Part shown: positions 7,936-14,892 of the stretch, in pieces | Numbering within the stretch: the first letter of the stretch is position 1 | Layout: each line of letters starts with the position of its first letter | Sequence record: VKHI01000717.1 | Direction: 5' to 3' (one strand) | DNA length: 14,892 nucleotides | Notes under the pieces: generated by a model | What the model was told of the DNA's origin: nothing | The model's database searches: none | Seen by the model: only the letters and a program-made list of their open reading frames with translations | Made by a program: the position numbers and the translations under genes

Positions 7936-8493
7936 ATGGCAAGAAATTTAAATAAAAATTATTATTGTTCATTAGATTTTATTCAAAAAAATGTATTAGA
8001 AAATGCGCGAGCAATTCCTAATTTTAAAAACTTAACTATTAGTTTGCTTACTAAAAAAAATATTATAAATTCAAATACAGAAGATGAACAAATAGGATCT
8101 TTTATTTTTCATATTTTATTTAAAAAATTTCCTAGAATAAGTGCTAGAGTAAGTAATCCAACAAGAACTAAAAAAAAAACATTACAGCAAACACAAACTT
8201 TTTTTCTTCAACAAGTTACAATAAAGAGATCTCAAGAAATAGAAAGTGTATTTGATTCTTTATTTTTTTTACATGATATTTCTGAATTTATATCTAATGA
8301 TTCTTTAAACGTATCTTATTCTGAAAACAATACATCTGTTTCTTTTAACTATCCATTAGATCTTCTTTTAAAGGATGTTAGTAACGGCATGTCTTTTGAC
8401 TGGCCACTAGACAAATATATTTTAAACGTTTCTTTCAGTGTTGATAAATGTGTTTCAATAGAACAACTTAATGATTTAATATATTTTGGATAA
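7936..8493 (+). CDS. rpl5: Probable ribosomal protein L5, highly divergent
   Basis: The 185-aa ORF starts 2 nt after the nad4 stop. By-eye alignment to bacterial uL5 gives three blocks. The N-terminal MARNLNKNYY...IPNFKNLTISL parallels MAKLHDYYK...VPRVEKITLNM. KKFPRISAR parallels GQKPLITKAR. QQVTIKRSQEIESVFDSLFF parallels CKVTLRGERMWEFFERLI. Length is also appropriate. Similarity is weak and was not verified by a search. Confidence 0.55.
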   Translation: MARNLNKNYYCSLDFIQKNVLENARAIPNFKNLTISLLTKKNIINSNTEDEQIGSFIFHILFKKFPRISARVSNPTRTKKKTLQQTQTFFLQQVTIKRSQEIESVFDSLFFLHDISEFISNDSLNVSYSENNTSVSFNYPLDLLLKDVSNGMSFDWPLDKYILNVSFSVDKCVSIEQLNDLIYFG

Positions 8494-8572
8494 ATGGCTG
8501 AGTGGTTTAAGGCATTAGTTTTGAAAACTAACGTACAAAAAAGTACCGTGGGTTCAAATCCCACTTTATCCT
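8488..8572 (+). tRNA. trnS: tRNA-Ser (anticodon UGA), type II with long variable arm
   Basis: Acceptor ggataaa/tttatcc has 7 perfect bp. D-arm is gct-gagtggtttaa-ggc. Anticodon stem is ttagt/actaa with loop ttTGAaa (anticodon 8522..8524). The variable arm is c-gtac-aaaaaa-gtac-c. T-arm is gtggg-ttcaaat-cccac. The 5' end overlaps the last sense codon and the stop of the preceding ORF by 6 nt. Confidence 0.9.
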
Positions 8573-8589
8573 TTTTTAGATAATATATT

Positions 8590-10593
8590 ATGTTGTTAAC
8601 AATAATCGTTTTGCCTTTATTAGGTTTTTTAAGTGGAAGTCTATTTGGTAAATTTTTAGGAAAAGGTGTTGGAATAATAACAACATTAACGACTATTTTT
8701 TCAAGTTTTTTATCCTTTATTTTATTATTTACTGTAATAAATCAAAGTCTTGTTAAAACTTTAGTTATAAATAATTGGATTCATTCTGGTTTTTTAAAAA
8801 TAGATTGGTCGTTTTGTTTTGATAGTTTGACTTGTGTAATGTTAGTAGTTGTTACTTTTATATCCAGTTTGGTTCATTTATATTCTACTGAGTATATGGA
8901 ACATGATCCACACTTTCCAAGATTTATGTCTTATTTATCTCTTTTTACTTTCTTCATGCTAATATTAATTACTGGAGATAATTTTCTTCAAATGTTTGTT
9001 GGATGGGAAGGTGTGGGGATATCTTCATATCTTTTAATTAATTTTTGGTTTACACGAATTCAAGCAAATAAATCCGCTATAAAAGCAATGCTTGTAAATA
9101 GAATTGGAGATTTTTTTTTATTATTAGCTATTTTTACTTTATTTATTACATTTAATACTTTAGACTATGATATTATTTTTTCAGTAACTCCTTTGTTTAT
9201 TAACTATAATATAGGTCTTTTTAATTATCATATAGGTTTGATTGATATTATTTGTATATTTATTTTTTTAGGTGCTATGGGGAAATCTGCTCAAATTGGA
9301 CTTCATACATGGTTGCCTGATGCCATGGAAGGTCCTACACCTGTATCAGCGTTAATACATGCTGCAACAATGGTTACTGCTGGAGTTTTTTTAATTGTTA
9401 GATGCTCATATTTATTTGAACATTCACCAATAGCATTATCTATTGTTACTGTTATAGGATCTATGACAGCTTTTTTTGCGGCAACAACTGGGTTATTTCA
9501 AAATGATATGAAAAAAGTTATTGCTTATTCTACTTGTAGTCAATTAGGTTATATGATTTTTTCTTGTGGACTATCAAGTTATGAAGTTAGTATATTTCAT
9601 TTATCAAATCATGCTTTTTTTAAAGCGCTTTTATTTTTAGGTGCTGGTGCTGTAATTCATGCTTTATCAGATGAGCAAGATATGCGTAAAATGGGGGGTT
9701 TAAAAAATTTATTACCTTTTTCTTATGCAATTTCTTTAATAGGATCTTTAGCGCTTGTTGGATTTCCTTTTTTAACTGGTTTTTATTCTAAAGATGTTAT
9801 TTTGGAAATAAGTGCTTCAACATATACAATATATGGTCAATTTGCATTTTTTTTAGGTATTTTAGCTACTTTTTGTACGGCTTTTTATTCAACACGATTA
9901 TTATATCTTGTTTTTTTATCGTACCCAAATGGAAATAAAAATATTATATTAAATGCACATGAAGGTTCATTTCGTTTAACTTTTCCTTTAGGTATTTTAT
10001 GTTTTTTTAGTATTTTTATTGGCTATTTAACTAAAGATTTATTTATTGGATTTGGTACTAGTTTTTGGGGTTCTTCTATTTTTGTGAAGCCTTCAAATTA
10101 CTTAATGACTGATATTGAATTTTTAGATATACAGTATAAATTATTGCCTTTAGTTATAACTCTTTTAGGTATTTTTTTTTCGTATTATATCTATTCTATT
10201 GGTATAACTAAGTATTTTTTAATAAAAAAGTGTTCTAATAACTTTTTTTTTATTTATAATTTTTTTAATAAAAAATGGTATTTTGATAGATTTTATAATC
10301 AATTTTTTCTTGAAAATATTTTAAGTAATGGTTATAATTATACATATAAAACCATTGATCGTGGAGTAATTGAAGTTATGGGTCCAATTGGAATATTTAC
10401 TGTTATTTATTATTTCTTATCAAAAATAATAAAATATCAAAATGGTTTTATTTTAAGTTATTTAACTTATTTTTTGGTTACCATGATTTTATTTATTCTT
10501 ATAATGTTATTTCAAAATATAAGTTTATTATTCTTTTTTAGTATTTATTTTCTTTTTTACAAAGAAATAAACTTTTTTTTTAAGTATATTTAA
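8590..10593 (+). CDS. nad5: NADH dehydrogenase subunit 5
   Basis: The 667-aa product has ND5/NuoL motifs: STEYMEHDPHFPRFMSYLSLFTFFMLILITGDNFLQMFVGWEGVGISSYLLINFW, NRIGDF, GKSAQIGLHTWLPDAMEGPTPVSALIHAATMVTAGVFL, AYSTCSQLGYM, HAFFKALLFLGAGAVIH and QDMRKMGGL. Confidence 0.96.
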   Translation: MLLTIIVLPLLGFLSGSLFGKFLGKGVGIITTLTTIFSSFLSFILLFTVINQSLVKTLVINNWIHSGFLKIDWSFCFDSLTCVMLVVVTFISSLVHLYSTEYMEHDPHFPRFMSYLSLFTFFMLILITGDNFLQMFVGWEGVGISSYLLINFWFTRIQANKSAIKAMLVNRIGDFFLLLAIFTLFITFNTLDYDIIFSVTPLFINYNIGLFNYHIGLIDIICIFIFLGAMGKSAQIGLHTWLPDAMEGPTPVSALIHAATMVTAGVFLIVRCSYLFEHSPIALSIVTVIGSMTAFFAATTGLFQNDMKKVIAYSTCSQLGYMIFSCGLSSYEVSIFHLSNHAFFKALLFLGAGAVIHALSDEQDMRKMGGLKNLLPFSYAISLIGSLALVGFPFLTGFYSKDVILEISASTYTIYGQFAFFLGILATFCTAFYSTRLLYLVFLSYPNGNKNIILNAHEGSFRLTFPLGILCFFSIFIGYLTKDLFIGFGTSFWGSSIFVKPSNYLMTDIEFLDIQYKLLPLVITLLGIFFSYYIYSIGITKYFLIKKCSNNFFFIYNFFNKKWYFDRFYNQFFLENILSNGYNYTYKTIDRGVIEVMGPIGIFTVIYYFLSKIIKYQNGFILSYLTYFLVTMILFILIMLFQNISLLFFFSIYFLFYKEINFFFKYI

Positions 10594-10598
10594 TTTTT

Positions 10599-10672
10599 GG
10601 TAAATATAGCTTAATTGGTAGAGTATCAAATTGTGGCTTTGATGGTTATGGGTTCGAGTCCCATTATTTGCC
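10599..10672 (+). tRNA. trnH: tRNA-His (anticodon GUG) with genomically encoded G-1
   Basis: Acceptor gtaaata/tatttgc has 7 bp including one G-U pair. It is preceded by g10599, which pairs with discriminator c10672 (G-1:C73). D-arm is gctt-aattggta-gagt. Anticodon stem is tcaaa/tttga with loop ttGTGgc (anticodon 10633..10635). T-arm is atggg-ttcgagt-cccat. Confidence 0.9.
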
Positions 10673-10678
10673 CTTTAT

Positions 10679-10761
10679 GCCCTGTTGGCGAAATTGGTAG
10701 ACGCGGCAGACTTAAAATTTGCTCCTTATAAAGGATATCGGTTCAAATCCGATACTGGGTA
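10679..10761 (+). tRNA. trnL: tRNA-Leu (anticodon UAA), type II
   Basis: The D-region GGCGAAATTGGTAGACGC is typical of tRNA-Leu. Anticodon stem is gcaga/tttgc with loop ctTAAaa (anticodon 10713..10715). The variable arm is tcctt-ata-aagga. T-arm is atcgg-ttcaaat-ccgat. Acceptor gccctgt/actgggt has a G1-U72 wobble and one U5-U68 mismatch. Confidence 0.85.
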
Positions 10762-10783
10762 TTATAGAAAAAGATTACTATTT

Positions 10784-11581
10784 ATGATTACATATATAAA
10801 TAATTTAATATTGATTGTTTTAAACAATATCGTTGCGTATTGTGATGCAGCAGAGCCTTGGCAAATAAGTCCTCAAGATCCTGCAACACCTGTTATGGAA
10901 GGGATGATTTTTTTCCATAATTATCTAATGTTTTATATGATTTTGATTGGAATTCTTGTTTTTTTCATGTTATTTAAAATATTAGTAACTTTTGGGGAGA
11001 ATAAAAAATCTGTTGCTGATAAATTTACACATTCAAGTTTATTAGAAATTATATGGACTATTTTACCTGCAATTGTATTAATATTAATTGCAGTTCCTTC
11101 ATTTACTTTATTATATTCTCTAGATGAGCTTGTTGATCCTGCTTTAACTTTAAAAATTATTGGGCATCAATGGTATTGGAGTTATGAATATTCAGATTAT
11201 GCTATTTTAAATAATGGGAATACTCTGAGTTTTGATTCATATATGACTCCAACAAGTGATTTAGATTTTGGACATTTACGATTATTAGAAGTAGATAATA
11301 GAGTTCTTCTACCTACAAATACTCATATTAGAATTTTAGTTACTGCTGCTGATGTAATTCATAGCTGGGCAGTTCCTTCTTTTGGAATTAAAGTAGATGG
11401 TACTCCTGGAAGGTTAACACAAGGATCTTTATTTATTAAAAGAGAAGGTGTTTACTTTGGTCAATGCAGCGAAATTTGTGGTATAAATCATGCATTTATG
11501 CCTATTGTTGTAAGAACGGTGTCTGTACCGTATTTTACTGAATGGATTCTTTACAGATTAGATCATTTTCTTGGTGAATAA
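10784..11581 (+). CDS. cox2: Cytochrome c oxidase subunit 2
   Basis: Motifs include [27 protein letters not shown] and [13 protein letters not shown]. The CuA site is [22 protein letters not shown]...[17 protein letters not shown] place the start at the internal ATG 10784 (MITYINN...), giving 265 aa, because the track ORF start at 10685 lies inside trnL. Confidence 0.93.
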   Translation: MITYINNLILIVLNNIVAYCDAAEPWQISPQDPATPVMEGMIFFHNYLMFYMILIGILVFFMLFKILVTFGENKKSVADKFTHSSLLEIIWTILPAIVLILIAVPSFTLLYSLDELVDPALTLKIIGHQWYWSYEYSDYAILNNGNTLSFDSYMTPTSDLDFGHLRLLEVDNRVLLPTNTHIRILVTAADVIHSWAVPSFGIKVDGTPGRLTQGSLFIKREGVYFGQCSEICGINHAFMPIVVRTVSVPYFTEWILYRLDHFLGE

Positions 11582-11599
11582 TATATATATATAAAAATT

Positions 11600-12943
11600 A
11601 TGTTAAAAAATTTTAGATGGAATAGAGACTACTTATTATCGTTTATCGATTCACATATTATTGATTACCCAACACCTATTAATTTAAATTATTTTTGGAG
11701 TTTTGGTTCTACAGCAGGTATTTGTTTAGTTATTCAAATACTAACAGGTATTTTTTTAGCAATGCATTATTGTGCAGAAATAGACTTAGCTTTTGAAAGC
11801 GTTGAACATATTATGACTGATGTAAATAATGGTTGGCTTATTAGATATATTCATGCTAATGGTGCTTCTATGTTTTTTATTGTTGTTTATTGTCACATTT
11901 TTAGAGGATTGTATTATGGGTCTTATATAGCTCCAAGAGGTCGTTTATGGGCTACTGGAGTTATTATTTTTTTATTAATGATGGCCACTGCATTCATGGG
12001 TTATGTTTTACCATGGGGTCAAATGAGTTTTTGGGGGGCTACTGTAATTACTAACTTATTTTCGGCAATACCATATGTTGGTGGTTCTATTGTTGAATGG
12101 TTATGGGGAGGTTTTTCTGTAGGCAATGCTACTCTTAATAGATTTTTTAGTTTGCATTATTTTTTACCTTTTATTATAGCAGCTTTTACTATTATACATT
12201 TAAGTTTACTTCATAAAGATGGTTCTAATAATCCTTTAGGTATAAATTCAAATGTTGATTATATACCTTTTTATCCTTATTTTTATGTAAAAGATTTATT
12301 TTCATTTTTTATTTTTGCATTTATATTTTCATTTTTTGTTTTTTTTTATCCAAACGTACTTGGTCATAGTGATAATTATATCCCAGCAAATCCAATGGTA
12401 ACTCCTGCGCACATTGTTCCAGAATGGTATTTTTTACCTTTTTATGCAATTTTACGTTCAATTCCTGATAAATTAGGTGGTGTAGTTGCAATGGTAGGTG
12501 CTATATTAGTTTTATTATTATTACCTGTTATAAATACATCTTTTATTCGTAGTGCTAAGTTTAGACCTCTTTATGCCTTTTCATATTGGTTTTTTGTTTC
12601 TGATTTTATTTTATTAGGTTGGATTGGCCAAAAACCTGTTGAAAGTCCTTTTATAGAAGTAGGAATGGGTGCTACTTTTTTTTATTTTATTTTTTTATTA
12701 GTTTTAGTTCCTTTAATTGGTATTTTAGAAACTTTTTTATTAAATAATAATGATGGGTTAATAGAGATAGAAGAGAATGCTGTTACTGACTTTTATTTTG
12801 GACAAGATCCGTTAGATGAAGAGGATACTATAGATTATGATGGTAGAAAGTTTGTGGAAAAGCATTCTAAATTATGGGATGTTGAAGATCCTTTTGAAAT
12901 TGAGGATTATAGTAAATTAACAAAAGTAATTTTTTACTTATAA
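11600..12943 (+). CDS. cob: Apocytochrome b, with a 63-residue acidic C-terminal extension
   Basis: Motifs include [95 protein letters not shown] and the [21 protein letters not shown] motif. The conserved core ends near residue 384. The ORF continues to residue 447. Confidence 0.96.
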   Translation: MLKNFRWNRDYLLSFIDSHIIDYPTPINLNYFWSFGSTAGICLVIQILTGIFLAMHYCAEIDLAFESVEHIMTDVNNGWLIRYIHANGASMFFIVVYCHIFRGLYYGSYIAPRGRLWATGVIIFLLMMATAFMGYVLPWGQMSFWGATVITNLFSAIPYVGGSIVEWLWGGFSVGNATLNRFFSLHYFLPFIIAAFTIIHLSLLHKDGSNNPLGINSNVDYIPFYPYFYVKDLFSFFIFAFIFSFFVFFYPNVLGHSDNYIPANPMVTPAHIVPEWYFLPFYAILRSIPDKLGGVVAMVGAILVLLLLPVINTSFIRSAKFRPLYAFSYWFFVSDFILLGWIGQKPVESPFIEVGMGATFFYFIFLLVLVPLIGILETFLLNNNDGLIEIEENAVTDFYFGQDPLDEEDTIDYDGRKFVEKHSKLWDVEDPFEIEDYSKLTKVIFYL

Positions 12944-12963
12944 TATTTATTTTGTTTGCTTTA

Positions 12964-14892
12964 ATGATTTTTTTTCGAATAAATAATTTAGAATTTTTTT
13001 CAAAAGCTAGTATTTCTATTTTAGAAGCTTGTAAAAATGTAGGTATAACATTACCTCGTTTTTGTTATCATGAATTATTATCTATTTCAGGTAATTGTAG
13101 AATGTGTCTTGTAGAAATTGAAAACCAAGAAAAACCAGTCGCTTCTTGTGTTACAGAAATAGATAGTAATATGTGTATTGGGGTTGATAGCCCTTTTGTT
13201 AAAAAAGCAAGACAAAATGTTTTAGAATCTTTGTTATTAAATCATCCATTGGATTGCCCTATTTGTGATCAAGCTGGAGAATGTGATTTACAAGATCAGG
13301 CAAAAGAATTTGGTAATAGTCATAGTAGATTCTTTTATTCTAAACAAACTGTTGAAGATAAGTATTGCGGTCCATTAATTAAAACAATAATGACTAGATG
13401 TATTAGTTGTACTCGATGTGTTCGTTTTGCAGATGAAATTGCTGGAATAAATTTTTTTGGAACACTAAATCGTGGTGTTAATACTGAAATTGGTAGTTAT
13501 GTTATTAAATTATTTGATTCTGAAATCTCTGGAAATGTTATAGATTTATGTCCTGTAGGTGCTTTAACATCTAAACCTTATGCTTTTAAGTCTAGACCTT
13601 GGGAATTAAAAGTATCTGATAGTATTGATGTTACAGATAGTATAGGTTCTAATATATATGTAAATTATAAAGAAAATAATATTATTAGAATTTTACCAAA
13701 ATCAAATTCAGAAATTAATGATATTATTATTTCAGATAAGGCACGTTTTTGTTATGATGGTAATACTTATAGTCGTATTGGTACTGTTTATGTAAAAAAT
13801 ACTGTTGATAATTCTTATACTGTTTCTACTTGGAAAGATTTATTTCTTAATTTAAATAGTTTTGTCGGAAAAGCCTCTAGTAAATTTGTTCTTTTTTTTA
13901 ATGAAGATATTGATTTAGATACTCTTATCTATATTAAAAAAATTAAAAATTTTATTAATACAAAAATTTCATTGTTTAATATAAATACAATTTATAAAAA
14001 TAGAAATCTTTTTTTACAACCATCAATGCAGTTATCTGACGTTGTTAATAACATTGATGAGTTATCTATTTTTTTAGGTTGTAATTTAAAATTAGAGGCA
14101 TCTATTTTAAATGCTAGGGTTAAGTTTAAATATAAAAATACTTTTTTAAAAAATTTTGTTATTGGTAATACTTTTGACACTAATATTCCTTCAACATTTG
14201 TTTGTTTGAATATTGTAACTTTTTTAAAAATTATAGAAGGTCGATGTATTCAAATTTCACAAAATTTCTTTAGATCTGTAACATGTTTTATTTTTATAGG
14301 TAAAGCTTTTGCTGATAGAATAAAGACTTTAAATAATATTATTAATTTCATAAAAAATTTTTATCCAAATATTTTTATTTCTGAAATTTCTATATCATCT
14401 AATTCAGATGGTTTAAGATGGTTAGGCATAAATAAGTTTGGGTCAAAAAAGAAAAGAACTGGTATTTTTTTGGGAATTAAAGAAACTAATTTTTTACAAT
14501 CAATTGCTATATTTTTTAAAGATTGTTTTTTGATTAGCAGTCATAAAACTTTTTTAAATTTATTGCCTGGTTTTATATTGCCTGCGAAAACAATGTTTGA
14601 ATCTGATTATAAATATTTAAATATCGAACATAGACCTCAGTCAACAAAATCTTCAATAATAAATTTTTTGGAGTCTCGTAAATACGATACAATTTTGAAA
14701 TCACTATTTAATTTTCCAAAAAAAGATTCTTCTTTATGGTACAATCATATAATTGAATTAATTAATTATCCTGATATTTTTTCTTCGATAGATTCTAAAA
14801 AATCTCTTTTAGTTCTTTTAGAAAAAGAGATTTCATTAAAAGAAACTTTAGTATTTAAATATCCAATTAAAGACAGAATAAAAAATTTTTAT
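12964..14892 (+). CDS. nad11: NADH dehydrogenase subunit 11 (75-kDa/NuoG homologue), 3'-partial; runs off the window
   Basis: Not on the supplied track because it has no stop in the window. By eye, the frame from ATG 12964 is open for 643 codons to 14892. FeS-binding motifs are present: CYHELLSISGNCRMCLVE (from 13063), HPLDCPICDQAGECDLQD (13243..13296), RCISCTRCVRF and IDLCPVGALTSKPYAFKSRPWEL. Downstream NuoG-like blocks are DKARFCYDG, LEASILNARVK and LPAKTMFESDYKYLNIEHRPQS. Confidence 0.9.
   Translation, partial: MIFFRINNLEFFSKASISILEACKNVGITLPRFCYHELLSISGNCRMCLVEIENQEKPVASCVTEIDSNMCIGVDSPFVKKARQNVLESLLLNHPLDCPICDQAGECDLQDQAKEFGNSHSRFFYSKQTVEDKYCGPLIKTIMTRCISCTRCVRFADEIAGINFFGTLNRGVNTEIGSYVIKLFDSEISGNVIDLCPVGALTSKPYAFKSRPWELKVSDSIDVTDSIGSNIYVNYKENNIIRILPKSNSEINDIIISDKARFCYDGNTYSRIGTVYVKNTVDNSYTVSTWKDLFLNLNSFVGKASSKFVLFFNEDIDLDTLIYIKKIKNFINTKISLFNINTIYKNRNLFLQPSMQLSDVVNNIDELSIFLGCNLKLEASILNARVKFKYKNTFLKNFVIGNTFDTNIPSTFVCLNIVTFLKIIEGRCIQISQNFFRSVTCFIFIGKAFADRIKTLNNIINFIKNFYPNIFISEISISSNSDGLRWLGINKFGSKKKRTGIFLGIKETNFLQSIAIFFKDCFLISSHKTFLNLLPGFILPAKTMFESDYKYLNIEHRPQSTKSSIINFLESRKYDTILKSLFNFPKKDSSLWYNHIIELINYPDIFSSIDSKKSLLVLLEKEISLKETLVFKYPIKDRIKNFY

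Noticed and set aside
8349-8564. Minus-strand 71-aa ORF beginning MGFEPTVLF...
   Set aside because: Its 5' end is the reverse-complement translation of the trnS T-arm (GFEP is the classic translation of the antisense GGTTCRAAT region). The remainder is antisense to the rpl5-like ORF. It is not a gene.
10685-10783. N-terminal 33 codons of the track ORF for cox2 ([27 protein letters not shown]...)
   Set aside because: This stretch is simply trnL(UAA) read as protein. cox2 most plausibly starts at the next in-frame ATG (10784), which leaves a short leader before the conserved DAAEPWQ motif.
11581-11592. An (AT)6 microsatellite in the cox2-cob spacer
   Set aside because: It is a short simple repeat of the kind expected in AT-rich spacers. 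There is no second copy or associated structure in the window, so it is noted only as a possible length-polymorphic marker.
1-14892. A search for mobile elements, introns or homing endonucleases, CRISPR-like arrays, long inverted or direct repeats, and defence or toxin-antitoxin-like gene pairs
   Set aside because: None is evident. Coding density is near-complete, all large ORFs are standard mitochondrial genes, genes are uninterrupted, and the spacers are too short to hide further elements. By-eye repeat detection is limited, so a self dot-plot would be the decisive check.

Overview
This window is a compact, very AT-rich mitochondrial genome segment from a protist. Full-length nad11, nad7, nad9, a ribosomal-protein cluster and use of the standard genetic code fit a stramenopile or oomycete-like lineage, but I cannot assign a taxon from sequence alone. 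There are two divergent transcription blocks. On the minus strand (39..3024) lie rpl2-rps19-rps3-rpl16, then an unassigned 211-codon ORF and a 42-codon ORF, with spacers of 1-6 nt. On the plus strand (3098..14892) lie trnE(UUC)-nad2-nad9-nad7-nad4-(divergent rpl5-like ORF)-trnS(UGA)-nad5-trnH(GUG)-trnL(UAA)-cox2-cob-nad11. nad11 is missing from the supplied ORF track because it runs off the right edge with no stop codon; I read it by eye as open for 643 codons from 12964. Intergenic spacers are 2-22 nt, apart from the 73-nt strand-switch region at 3025..3097. I see no introns, mobile elements, CRISPR arrays, long repeats or defence-type genes, and no evidence for a novel multi-gene system. The points worth following up are modest: a 63-residue acidic C-terminal extension on cytochrome b, an unassigned ORF (orf211) inside the ribosomal-protein operon with an in-frame ORF beyond its stop, a very divergent displaced rpl5-like gene whose stop codon lies inside trnS, and a full-length but divergent nad11.
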